Source of the DNA: Eledone cirrhosa
Taxonomy: Eukaryota
Assembly (NCBI GenBank): GCA_964016885.1
Contig: OZ024754.1
Location: 6,758,001 to 6,822,000 of the forward strand
DNA: 64,000 nt
Reading direction: 5' to 3'
Shown piece by piece: positions 51,904 through 64,000 of the stretch. A program made the translations under genes and the position numbers. Each line of letters begins with the position of its first letter. Within the stretch, counting starts at the first letter, position 1. The notes beneath the pieces are model-generated. The model worked only from the letters and a program-made list of their open reading frames with translations. It was not told the DNA's origin and ran no database searches.

Positions 51904-52051
51904 CATCTTATACAAAATCACTGAGGGGTAGATCTCAGTAATCTTGTATAAGATGTTCTATAAGTATTTGCTTCTCTGAATGAGATTTTTCTAGCAATCT
52001 CTTTTCATTGCGATGTTATGTAAGGCTACCAGAACATACCATACCACTTAC

Positions 52052-52246
52052 CATCCACGTGTCTGATCAATACCTTCAGCAATGAAGTCAGCTGGAAAGG
52101 TCTCGTTAAACACCTTCTTGTTCTCAAAGGGATAATGTAACTGGGCGTAGGGCATACAGCCACTCTCGAACCAACAGTCAAACACCTCTGGGACTCTCCG
52201 TAGCAATCCTTTTCCCTGTTTGGACGGGATTGTTAGATGGTCAATG
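52052..52246 (-). CDS. IARS1: IARS1 exon (IDHLTIP...DCWFESG...EGIDQTRGW)
   Basis: DCWFESG and EGxDQTRGW motifs. Confidence 0.98.
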
Positions 52247-52912
52247 CTGCACAGTAGAAGAAATATCATTTAAGACAAAGATTATACACATCATCATCAT
52301 CACCATACACATATATATATTAACACACACAACATTCATACATACATTGACATACATATACACATACATACATCAAAGCACACATCAACATTTGTACATA
52401 TATCCACACATAAAAATTCATGTATACACGAACACACACACATAATTACATACACGAACACACACAAATAATTATATACATAAATACACACGCACACATA
52501 ATTATATACATGAACACAAACACACATAATTATATACACGAACGCACACAAATAATTATATACACGAACACACACAAATAATTATATACATAAATACACA
52601 CGCACACATAATTATATACATGAACACAAACACACATAATTATATACATAAACACACACACATAATTATATACATAAAAACACACACACACATAATTATA
52701 TACAAAAACACACACACATAATTATATACAAAAACACACACACATAATTATATACATAAAAACACACACACACATAATTATATACAAAAACACACACACA
52801 TAATTATATACGTGAACACACACATGTATACATAAAGACATACATGTACACATGATCACACACATGTACACATGAAAGTGATACAGCTAGAAGCCAGCAA
52901 TTCAGTACTTAC

Positions 52913-52986
52913 CTCTCCCTGTGGATATCAGAGATGACTGCTCCAGTAAGATCCTCTAACTCTTTACGGCTACCAATACATACAAC
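52913..52986 (-). CDS. IARS1: IARS1 exon (VVCIGSRKELEDLTGAVISDIHRE)
   Basis: Conserved sequence; canonical sites. Confidence 0.96.
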
Positions 52987-53452
52987 CTACAAATACAGAA
53001 GAAGAAAATAACCACAGTAGTAGTTTACTGTTCCTAGAAACATCCTTTATCAAGATGTAAGGACTGGGTGGGTGTACATACATCATCATCATCATCATCA
53101 TTTTACGTCCGCTTTTTCCCTGCTTGCAAGGGTGGGACGGGAACTGATTCTGGCTTGATTTCTACAGCTGGATGCCCTTCCTAACACCAACCTCATTTAC
53201 AGTGAGTGCTGGGTGCTTTTTGCCGTGGCACCTCCACGACCACTTTGCAGTGGAATGATAGGGACCCCAGTCCCTATCATTTCATTTCTACAGCTGAGTA
53301 AACTGGAGCAATGTGAAATAAAGTGTCTTGCTCAAGGAAACAACACATCACCCGGTCTGAGAATTGAACTCACAACCTTTCGATTGCAAGCCCAATGCTC
53401 TAACCACTAAGCCATGTGCCTCCATTATATATATATATATACATATGGTCGG

Positions 53453-53912
53453 ATGGTCTTTATTCTCTCTCGTCTATGATTTCACAGAACTTATGTTCAT
53501 TGATTTCAGGGACTTGACTCCTTCTTCCTCCCGTTGGACCTGTGCGAAATTCTTTCCTTACTCACATTTCGGCCAGGTTTGATGGTCTTTATTCTCTCTC
53601 GTCCACGATTTCGCAGAACTTTTGTTCATCGATTTCAGGGACTTGACTCCTTCCTCCCGTTTGACCTGTGCGAAATTCTTTCCTTACTCACATTTCGGCC
53701 AGGTTTGATGGTCTTTATTCTCTCTTGTCCACGATTTCGCAGAACTTTTGTTCATCGATTTCAGGGACTTGACTCCTTCTTCCTCCCGTTTGACTTGTGC
53801 GAAATTCTTTCCTTACTCACATTTCGGCCAGGTTTGATGGTCTTTATTCTCTCTCGTCCACGATTTCGCAGAACTTATGTTGATCGATTTGAGGGACTTG
53901 ACCCCTTCTTCC
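53453..53912. repeat. ~120-bp unit, ~3.7 copies
   Basis: atggtctttattctctctcgtccacgatttcgcagaac... Confidence 0.92.
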
Positions 53913-54953
53913 TCACTTTTCGTTGTATTACCATCTTTGATTGTTTACTGTCTCGCTCGTTCCCCCTATTTACGTGTCCCAACGACTTTCTTTAGCCCGC
54001 ACCAACCGGAGGTCTTTAAAGCGATGAAATACCAATGAAGGTTGGAAGATCACTGATGAAGGACTAAATTTATTCATATATATAGTTAGGGAAGCAGGAA
54101 ATTGCTTATTGTGATCCAGTTCGTGGTTAAGAAAGCCAGTTTCATGGATAAAATCCTTTTCTTAATGCTTACCCGTGTTTTCTCTTTTATACTATATATA
54201 TATGTATATATATATGGAGGCACATGGCATAGTGGTTAGAGCATTGAGCTTGCAATCGAGAGGTGGTGAGTTCAATTCTCAGACCGGGTGATGTGTTGTT
54301 TCCTTGAACAAGACACTTTATTTCACATTGCTCCAGTTTACTCAGCTGTAGAAATGAGATGATAGGACTGAGGTCCCTATCATTCCACTGTAAAGTGGTC
54401 GTGGAGGTGCCACGGCATAAAAGCACCCAGCACTCACTGTAAATGGGGTTGGTGTTAGGAAGGGCATCCAGCTATAGAAATCAAGCCAGAATCAGTTCCC
54501 GTCCCACCCTTGCAAGCAGGGAAAAAGCGGACGTAAAATGAAATAATAATAATAAATAATATATAGTAATAATAATAAATTTGAAGACTAAAATCCAAAG
54601 AGGGCTCGATAAGGATAAATATATATCAAATATATAAGAACCGTAGAGCAAAAATTTAATCTGTTATTTTAATAAAAATATATATACATACATATAATAT
54701 TAAGTATAAATTGAAGTATTGTAGCCACAATATAGCAGGTACTAATCGAATTGTTTGAGGCAATCACAAAGCACTCAATGGAGCAAGAAGTTAATATATT
54801 ATTGTCCAGAGTAAACACAAAAGTTAAAACAATGATACCAAGAAAAATGACCAAGGCAGTGGCCATACATATAGCACAACAACGATAAATACAAATATAT
54901 ATATATATATATATATAGAGTCTCTTTGGATTTGTCTTTGTATTTATTATTAC

Positions 54954-55059
<106 letters not shown>

Positions 55060-55133
55060 TGCATGTGTGTGTGTGTGAAAGAGATCAATAAAATAAATAC
55101 CAGGCTTAAATAATTATTGGAAGTTGATATAAA

Positions 55134-55948
55134 TGACTAAATCAAGGTGGTGCCCCAGCATGGCCACAGTCTACTAAATCAAGGTGGTGCCCCCAGCATG
55201 GCCACAGTCTACTATATCAGTGTGGTGCCCCAGCATGGCCACAGTCTACTATATCAGTGTGGACCCCAGCATGGCCAGTCTACTAAATCAAAGTGGTGCC
55301 CCCAACATGGCCACAGTCTACTATATCAGTGTGGTGCCCCAGCATGGCCACAGTCTACTATATCAGTGTGGACCCCAGCATGGCCAGTCTACTAAATCAA
55401 AGTGGTGCCCCAGCATAACCACAGTCTACTAAATCAAGGTGGGGCCCCAGCATAACCACAGTCTACTAAATCAGTGTGGTGCCCCAGCATGGCCACAGTC
55501 TACTAAATCAGTGTGGTGCCCCAGCATAACCACAGTCTACTAAATCAGTGTGGTGCCCAAGCATGGCCACAGTCTACTAAATCAAAGTGGTGCCCCAGCA
55601 TAACCACAGTCTACTAAATCAAGGTGGGGCCCCAGCATAACCACAGTCTACTAAATCAGTGTGGTGCCCAAGCATGGCCACAGTCTACTAAATCAAAGTG
55701 GTGCCCCAGCATAACCACAGTCTACTAAATCAAGGTGGGGCCCCAGCATAACCACAGTCTACTAAATCAGTGTGGTGCCCAAGCATGGCCACAGTCTACT
55801 AAATCAAAGTGGTGCCCCAGCATAACCACAGTCTACTAAATCAGTGTGGTGCCCCAGCTTGGCCACAGTCTACTAAATCAAGGTGGGACCCCAGCATGGC
55901 CACAGTCTACTAAATCAAGGTGGGACCCCAGCATGGCCACAGTCTACT
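55134..55948. repeat. ~38-bp minisatellite derived from a SINE tail
   Basis: ggtgccccagcatggccacagtctactaaatca; the motif also occurs at ~33566. Confidence 0.93.
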
Positions 55949-55978
55949 AGTAAAACAAGTAAAATAATAAAAGCCTAC

Positions 55979-56105
55979 CTCTTCTCCATCCTCACTGACC
56001 CACAGTGGGATTGGTGTCCCCCAGTACCTGTTTCGTGAGACTGCCCAATCTCTCGCATCTTTCAGCCAGTTGGCAAATCTTTTTTCTTTCACAAAATCTG
56101 GGACC
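55979..56105 (-). CDS. IARS1: IARS1 exon ([10 protein letters not shown]...[15 protein letters not shown]...EE)
   Basis: DWxxSRxRYWGxPIP class Ia motif. Confidence 0.98.
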
Positions 56106-57531
56106 CTGTTGAGAGAGAGAGAAAAATACCCAGAATTCTCAGAGGTGCATGTAATGTGTGGTGAATTTGTTGATTGTTAGTGTACTGGTGCCATGACAAT
56201 GGTGTGGTGGTGGTATGGTGGTGGTGTACTGGTGCCATGACAGGTGGTGGTGGTGGTGGTGGTATGGTGGTGGTATGGTGGTGGTGTTTGTGGTGGTGTG
56301 GTGGTGGTGTGGTGGTATGATGGTGTGGTGGTGGTGTTGGTGGTGTGGTGGTGGTGTGGTGGTGGTGTGGTGGTCGTGTGGGTGGTGTGGTGGTCGTGTG
56401 GTGAGGTGGTGGTGTTGGTGGTGGTGTGGTGTGGTGGTGTGGCAGTGGTGTGGTGGTGATGGTGGTGGTATGGTGGTGTGGTGGTGGTGGTGTTGGTGGT
56501 GTGGTGGTGGTGTTGGTGGTGGTGCTGTGGCATTAGTGCAGGTGGTGGTACCTTGACACAGTTGCAGGTGGTGGTGACATGACATTAGTGCAGGTAGTGA
56601 TAAAATGACACAAATGTTGGCAAGGAAAATGGACGTTAGACAATGATGATGGTGGTGTGTGTGTGTGTGTGCATAGGTATCCTTGCATGTGTCTTTGCAT
56701 TGGCAGAACTTAAGCAAGCGTTAGCATTTGTTTATGTCTCACGGCTTATTGGAATAAGCACTTCATTTAAAAATATGTAAGTGTTGATGTCAGGAAAGGA
56801 CCCTAGCTGTAGAATATTGCCTCAGATGAAAAAAAATAAAAGTTTCGTCCACTTCATGCTAACATTAGAAAGCAAATGTAAATATAATGATATTTACAGA
56901 CTTAAACCTATACTCAGTAGGCACTTCTTAATCCAATATACACCACACACACCTACACCTCCCTCCCACTTCTGCCCACATCACCCTTTCTCTGTAAAGT
57001 TATGTTGGTACCACAAAACATCCAGCCCACACTGTAAAGTGGTCGTGTAGGAGACACGGTAAAAAAGCTCCCAGACCACACTGTAAATGTGCTTGGTGTT
57101 AGGGAGGGCATCCAGCAGTAGAAAACCAGCCAGAAACAGTCCTATACGAGCGAGAAGTGGTCACCTGACCCAACTTGCCTCAAGTGGGACAAACCCACCT
57201 AACCCATGCTAGTGTGGAAGATAGACGTTAAACGATGATAAGTTGAGCACTATGGATATATAGTTAGAATGTCTAAGGAAAGAATTGCTGGACAGATTTT
57301 ATTGGCAAAGCCAACTGGCAGGAGACCCAGAGGTAAACTACCAGAAAGATGGTTGAATAACACCCATAAGCTTAGTTGGTGTCACTTAATGATCCAGCTA
57401 GATCCTTTGGAGATGGTTGCTTCTGATAAGACAGTCTGGAAGGCATGCCTGAAGATTCTGCCTCCACAACTCTCTCAGGAATAAATGGGTGAAATAGGAA
57501 GAGAAGAAGGAATACAACATTTCTTACATAC

Positions 57532-57630
57532 CAGTAGGTTTCTTGGTTGCATCTCAAGAGATCTTGTGCCACATCAGCTACTCTGATAAATGTACTTGGT
57601 ACTGCTTTGTAGATTAATGGTGTGTCTGAC
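57532..57630 (-). CDS. IARS1: IARS1 exon (SDTPLIYKAVPSTFIRV...TYW)
   Basis: SDTPLIYKAVPS conserved. Confidence 0.96.
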
Positions 57631-57999
57631 CTGAATAATGAGGAGAGAGAAAAAAAAGAGAGGAGAAAGATTGAGTGCCTAGAGTAATTGACAACAACAA
57701 CAAAACAAAACTGAAGTTGAGAATCTTCTGAATAAAAAAAAAAAAATTGTCTATCGACTTTTGTCAAATCGGACTAAGGTAAAAATGTTTCCATTGGTCT
57801 TTTCAATTGCTAATATTATCTATCGGTCGCAACTCCAGGTAGAAGGAGCAATGTGAAATAAAGTGTCTTGCTCAAGGACATAACGCATCGCCTGGTCCAG
57901 GAATCGAACTCCAACCTCACGATTGCGAATCCAATTCTCTAACCACTCAGCCACACGTCTTCACTCTGAATTAAAAGCTAGGTAAAAATGAGGTCCTAC

Positions 58000-58091
58000 C
58001 TCCAGCAGAAGGGGTAGTTGTGAGTGACAGTTCCATGGTGTACCATACGATCTTCGCTCTTCAGGTGTTTAATGATATCTTTGTCGGCATC
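58000..58091 (-). CDS. IARS1: IARS1 exon (DADKDII...HNYPFCWR)
   Basis: HxYPFCWR conserved; AAG acceptor. Confidence 0.96.
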
Positions 58092-58464
58092 CTTGAGAGT
58101 GGGGAGACGGAGATGTGGAGTGAAATGAAATAAAATGAAAATAATATAAATGCTTAAAGTCCTGTACCACATGAAACCACATTAACAAGACATTTTTGAA
58201 AAATACAAAACAGCACTATGGCTGTATCACATTAAAAATTTTTTTCTTTAACATTGCAAACATTTGAATTAACAAACCACATAAGCAAGACTTTGTTGAA
58301 AGGGACAAAACAGCACTATCACTCTATCACATTAAAAATCAAAGTCATTTCTCTCATATTTCAATTTTTCACAACAATCTGTCCACTAGTAAAGGTACTA
58401 TAAACATTTGAATTAACAAACACATGAAACCATATTAAATATTTTAAAAAATACAAACACAAAC

Positions 58465-58587
58465 CTTGATATACATTCCTTGATAGTCGATCACTTCACT
58501 GGTGAACCGTCCACAGGCATCAACGGGACAGATGCTTGGCATATCTTTTGTAACAAGACCATAACTGGAACATACTCGGTAATCATC
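58465..58587 (-). CDS. IARS1: IARS1 exon (DDYRVC...CPVDACGRFT...YIK)
   Basis: Conserved DYRVC and CPVD; 123 nt. Confidence 0.96.
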
Positions 58588-58831
58588 CTGTGTGGCAGAG
58601 AGAAAGTCAAAGACTATCAATATATCTATGTGTGTGTGTATGCGAAATGATACAGTACAATGAAGATATATATACAATAATGATGTGAATGTGAGAGTGT
58701 GTGTATGTGAAAGAAAGTATGTGTATGTGCTGTGTTTGCAAGTGTATATGTGTGTACGTGAATGTGAGAGAGTGTGAGTGTGTGTGTGTATGAGAAAGAA
58801 AGTATGTCTGCATGTTTGTGTGTAAACTCAC

Positions 58832-58930
58832 CTCTCCAAAATAAGGGGCCTGCTGTACAACTCCGGTACCACTTTCAGCAGAGACGTAGGCATCACAGAG
58901 TACTTGGAAACAGCCAGTTTTTTCTCTCAT
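58832..58930 (-). CDS. IARS1: IARS1 exon (MREKTG...GTGVVQQAPYFGE)
   Basis: GTG editing-site motif; canonical sites. Confidence 0.96.
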
Positions 58931-59298
58931 CTGAAGAAAACAATAATATTGATTTTTTAATTTAATAATAAATACACAATGGCCATCTATTGGACACTCT
59001 ACCAATTCTGCCAATATACCACGCTAGTATTGTGTATAATATAGATTTTTAATTTAGGTACAAGGTCAATAAATTTGGGGGTAGGTCAAAGTTGATTGAA
59101 TCAACCCTAGAACTTGATTGCTACTTTATTTTATCCTCAGTGGGATTTGAACTCAGAATGAAAAGAGCCAGAATAAATACCACAAATGGCATTTTATCCG
59201 TTGCTCTACCGATTCTGTCAATCCATCACCCTTAGAAAATAATAATATTAACAATAGCAAATGATAACAACAATAATAATAACAATAATAATAATAAT

Positions 59299-59520
59299 AA
59301 AGTGGGAGTTAAAAAGGATTTGGGACTGTCATGAGATTAAGGTCATCCCGATTGTCATAGGAACACTAGGTACTATCTCAAAGAGTTTTCAAGGATGGTT
59401 AAAGAAGATTAGTCCAGCCCCGTTTTTTTGGAACACTTCAAAAGACATGCTTGCTGGGAACAGCAAGAACCCTCCGAAACGTCCTGAATATCTGAGGCTG
59501 CAGGTAGCGGCTTGATATTC
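59299..59520 (+). mobile_element. 3' fragment of a restriction-like-endonuclease LINE
   Basis: WELKRIW...VIPIVIGTLG peptide, flanked by (AAT)n. Confidence 0.7.
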
Positions 59521-59972
59521 ATTTCAACAAACTTTGCAGTTAAATAACATCAATGACTGAGACTCAAAGAATAACAATAATAATAATTGTTCCTACTATA
59601 GGCACAAAGCCAGAAATTTGAGGAGAAAGTTGATTAAATCAACCCCAGTGCATTACTGGTGCTTTATTTTATTGACCCCAAGTTGAGCCACTGAACTTGA
59701 GGTGAGCCAGGGCCCTGACATATGACCCCATGCTCTTCTGAGTGTATTTTTATTGTGGTACCGACAATAGGGAAGCTGTCATGTCTTTTACACAGCTTCC
59801 CCCCAACGCTTTATTTGGTGGGTTTTCAATGACTGAGTGCCTTTCCTATCACCAACCACATTAAAGAGTGTACTGGGTGCATTTATCATGTCTTGCAGCT
59901 CAGCATTTCATGCCTGCTCTAAAGCAACTAACATCAACAACAACAAGAACAAGAAACACAGTCATAACTTAC

Positions 59973-60033
59973 GTATTCAAAATAATTAAACAAGGGTTTG
60001 TACTTCTTCCCTTCCAGAGTTTTGCCCTTAAAC
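59973..60033 (-). CDS. IARS1: IARS1 exon (FKGKTLEGKKYKPLFNYFEY)
   Basis: GKKYxPLFxYF conserved; canonical sites. Confidence 0.95.
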
Positions 60034-60692
60034 CTAGAAGGATAAAAGATAATAAACATATAAATCAATGAACAAGATCATCATCATCATCGTCATAGAC
60101 ATTTTAGGTCCACTTCCCACTCTAGAATGGTTTGGGCAAGTTGTCGCACTCCTTGACCAGATAGGTCTGGGTGACCTCATCTTATACATTCCATATTTGG
60201 TATTGTTTCTATGGCTTAATACCCTTCCTAACACCAACCACTGTAAAGTGGACGTGTAGGCGCCACGAAAAAGCACCCAGCACTCACTGTAAATGAGGTT
60301 GGTGTTAGGAAGGGCATCCAGCTGTAGAAATCAAGCCAAATCAGTTCCTGTATGAGCAAGGCATGGTCAGCCGACCAGACACTGCCCACAACAGGACAAC
60401 CCGTCTAACCCATGCTAGCGTGGAAGAACGGACGTAAAACGGTGATGATGATGATGATGATGACGACTGGGTGTAATTTTTGTTTTTCATGACTCTTTCT
60501 CTACCACTTTACAGAATGTACTGAGTGTATTGGTTGGAACTCCTGACAGTATCAGCTATGGTAGAACCAATGGAAATATCAAGTAAAAGCAGATATAGAT
60601 AGAGAAGTGGAGACAAACAAAGCTAAAAAGAGGTGGAGAGAGAGATAGAATAAGAATGAGAGACAGGAAGAGATAAATGAGAGTTGTGTTAC

Positions 60693-60780
60693 CTTTCAAG
60701 TATGGTGTATTCTTCATTGCTTCTATAGAGAGAACACAGCCTTGCTTCCATCAAGATATAAATTTTGTTGGTGCTTTTAT
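60693..60780 (-). CDS. IARS1: IARS1 exon (DKSTNKIYILMEARL...ILER)
   Basis: ILMEARL conserved; phases 1/2 consistent with neighbours. Confidence 0.95.
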
Positions 60781-61190
60781 CTAGAAAACAAGACATACAT
60801 GGTAGAACAGTGGTTAGTATAGAACTGATATAGTTATCTAGAGAATAAGACATATATAGTATAGCAGTGGTTAGTATAGAACTGATATAGTTATCTAGAG
60901 AATAAGACATATATAGTATAGCAGTGGTTAGTATAGAACTGATATAGTTATCTAGAGAATAAGACATACATAGTATAGCAGTGGTTAGTATAGAACTGAT
61001 ATAGTTATCTAGAGAATAAGACATACATAGTATAGCAGTGGTTAGTATAGAACTGATATAGTTATCTAGAGAATAAGACATATATAGTATAGCAGTGGTT
61101 AGTATAGAACTGATATAGTTATCTAGAGAATAAGACATACATAGTATAGCAGTGGTTAGTATAGAACTGATATAGTTATCTAGAGAATTA
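60781..61190. repeat. 60-bp array built from the IARS1 splice-acceptor region
   Basis: atctagagaataagacatacatagtatagcagtggttagtatagaactgatatagtt, ~7 copies. Confidence 0.93.
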
Positions 61191-61856
61191 TAGAGCAGAG
61201 GTTAGTATTAGTAAAGAACTGATCACCATTATCATTTTAATGTCTGTTTTCCCTGCTACCAAGTCAGTACTGAAGCGAAGCCACTGATTTCCCAGGCAGG
61301 CCAAGGATCTGTGGCTTGCTTATGTACGGTCGATGCACCACCAAGTGCAAAGGAGAAGTTGTTATGTCTTTGACACAACTGAGGGTCCGACCAACCCTTT
61401 GTTTGGCAAGAATTCTACAGCTGGATGCCCTTCCTATCACCAACCACTTTACAGAGTACGTTTATCAAATAGATCACCAAACACTAGGGAGGCTGTGATG
61501 TCAACACAACTGAAGGGTCCCTCCCAACACACACATATACATATATATATTGAAAATATCAATCTAACAGTAATGTTGTTGTTGTTCAACTCTGCTGTGC
61601 TGGTGCCACAAAAAATGCTCCCAGTACCAGCTGTAAACTGGTTGACATCAGGAAGGGCATCCAGCCATAGAAAGTAAGCCCAAAACGGAACGTATGAGCA
61701 AGACACAGTTACCTGACCTGTCTAACCTAAGAATATGACAACCCATCTAACCCCTGCAAACACGGAAAATTATCATAAAATGGCGATGATGATGATGATA
61801 TATAACAAATGGATTTATCAGAAGCAAAAATGGTGAAAAATTCTTGAGCTACAGAC

Positions 61857-61985
61857 CTATTAGCTTGACATAGTCAAGATCTGCATTGACACAGACTGAC
61901 AAATTGCTAGGAAGTGTCCAGGGTGTTGTGGTCCATGCAATGACAGAGACTTCTGGCTCATCTAGTAGAGGGAAGTTTATAATAA
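61857..61985 (-). CDS. IARS1: IARS1 exon, CP1 editing domain T-rich motif ([12 protein letters not shown])
   Basis: Hallmark IleRS motif; canonical sites; 129 nt. Confidence 0.97.
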
Positions 61986-63051
61986 CTGGAAAAAAAGAAA
62001 GAAAAGTAGAAAATATACAGTGAATCAGTTTGATATTATTTATTTATTTAATCCTTTAGCATTTAAACTGGCTGCATCCAGTCAGAATTCTCTCACCATT
62101 TTTATGTTCAAACCAGCTGTAACCAGCCACTCATACTGACATTAAGGGATTGTTTTTAAAATAAATAACATCAAAATCTCAGAGATTCGATATTATGTGA
62201 GATAATTATATGAAATAAAGTGTTTACCATGAAAATATAATAGTAAATAAAAAGTAATGTAAATGCTAAGGGGTTAATCAATTTAAACGTCTGTATAGAG
62301 CTTGTAAGCTATGACAGACTAGGAGAGATATCTAATATCCATTGTAATTAAGAAACAAAAACGAGAGAGAGGGGGAAAATAGAAAAGAAAGGGAAGCAAA
62401 AAATAAGAAAAATGGTGTCAAACCAGGAGAGTTATAAAGCATGTACATGTTTCTGTTGTTGAATCATTTCATTGCCTCCATGTACAGGAAGATCTTGTTT
62501 ATGGTTGGTAGATCTTTGACAAAGAGTATAGTACACCTCCAATCTTGGTTTTTTTATGACCAGCTTTAAGATGTCCCCTCTCTCTCTTTCAGACTAGGAG
62601 GTTTTACAATGGAACAAATAGTACCATAGCTTTTCTAGGCAGTCCCCGCAATAATACAAAAGTGATTCTATATGACCTGTTCTTTAAAATATAGTTTAAC
62701 CCTTTAGCATTTACATTATTCTATATTTATTATTGTATTTTCACAGTAAAGGCTTCTTATCTTACATAATTATCTCACATGATATTGAATCTATGAGATT
62801 TTGATATTATTTATTTTGAGAACAATATCTTAATGTAGGTATGAGTGGACAGTTACGGCCAGTTTGAACAGAAAGAGGTGAGAGAATTCTGGCCGGATAT
62901 GGCTGGTTTAAATGCTAAAGGGTTAAGGGGTATATGACCAGCTTCAAGATGTCCTTTCTCTCTCACTCTGTCTCAAACTGATGGTTTTTAATTCAACAAA
63001 TGGTTGTTTTGAGGAATGTAAACAATTGTCCAGGTTAACTACTTATATATA

Positions 63052-63850
63052 ACTGGGTATAAGAGAGAAGACTGCACTGGTATGGACATGTGATGTGAAG
63101 GGATCAGATGTAGTGTGCAAGAGAGAACACTGCACTGGTATGGACATGTGATGTGTAGGAATCAGATGTAGTGTGCAAGAGAGAACACTGCACTGGTATG
63201 GACATGTGATGTGTAGGAATCAGATGTAGTGTGCAAGAGTGAAGACTGGACTGGTATGGACATGTGATGTGTAGGAATCAGATGTAGTGTGCAAGAGTGA
63301 AGACTGCACTGGTATGGACATGTGATGTGAAGGAATCAAATGTAGTGTGTAAGAGAGAACACTGCACTGGTATGGACATGTGATGTGTAGGAATCAGATG
63401 TAGTGTGCAAGAGAGAACACTGCACTGGTATGGACATGTGATGTGTAGGAATCAGATGTAGTGTGCAAGAGAGAACACTGCACTGGTATGGACATGTGAT
63501 GTGTAGGAATCAGATGTAGTGTGCAAGAGTGAAGACTGGACTGGTATGGACATGTGATGTGTAGGAATCAGATGTAGTGTGCAAGAGTGAAGACTGCACT
63601 GGTATGGACATGTGATGTGAAGGAATCAAATGTAGTGTGTAAGAGAGAACACTGCACTGGTATGGACATGTGATGTGTAGGAATCAGATGTAGTGTGCAA
63701 GAGAGAACACTGCACTGGTATGGACATGTGATGTGTAGGAATCAGATGTAGTGGGCAAGAGAGAACACTGCACTGGTATGGACATGTGATGTGTAGGAAT
63801 CAGATGTAGTGGGCAATAGAGAAGACAGCACTGGTATGGACATGTGATGG
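63052..63850. repeat. 58-bp array derived from RTE LINE coding sequence
   Basis: Unit translates as GIRCSVQERxLHWYGHVM; compare the LINE at 17490-17545. Confidence 0.93.
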
Positions 63851-63965
63851 CTATGAATGATGATCACTGGGTGATTCCAGTGGAAGGAAGTTGCAGTAGA
63901 GGAAAGCCATGGAAACACCATCACAGTGTTACAGATTGATAAGAAAGAAAATATTTAATATTTAC

Positions 63966-64000
63966 TAGCAGGATCGTTGACTTCCTTATAATTCTGACCC
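63966..64000 (-). CDS. IARS1: IARS1 exon, truncated by window end (GQNYKEVNDPA)
   Basis: Matches the IleRS QNYKDVQDPS segment; A|gtaaat donor in phase with the next exon. Confidence 0.9.

Noticed and set aside
54047-54118. gatca-CTGATGA...GAAA...tgatc possible hammerhead
   Set aside because: Stem II is not formed and the spacing is off; not counted as intact.
56139-56717. His/Pro/Thr-rich ORFs
   Set aside because: GGT-rich low-complexity intron sequence.

Overview
Repeat-rich animal genomic DNA, most likely an octopus or other coleoid cephalopod. This is inferred from the tRNA-derived SINE families, RTE-type LINE remnants and dense (TA)n/(CA)n tracts. Two convergent protein-coding genes were traced by hand with phase-consistent GT-AG junctions. 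On the + strand is a lamin-tail-domain gene (LMNTD1-like, ~257-19703, possibly ending at 29581). On the - strand are the last 26 coding exons of cytoplasmic isoleucyl-tRNA synthetase (IARS1, >64000 to stop at 32192). Introns and intergenic DNA hold SINEs, LINE fragments, a TTAA/piggyBac-type MITE, a Helentron-like element and many minisatellites derived from transposon fragments. The most striking signal is at least 13 sequence-diverse type I hammerhead ribozyme (HHR) motifs. They sit in short islands inserted in (TA)n tracts. Three lie in ~290-440 nt direct-repeat-bounded monomers, the architecture of Penelope-mobilised non-LTR retrozymes. Intact copies inside the genes are mostly antisense to the host gene. 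All coordinates were read by eye; repeat boundaries are approximate.
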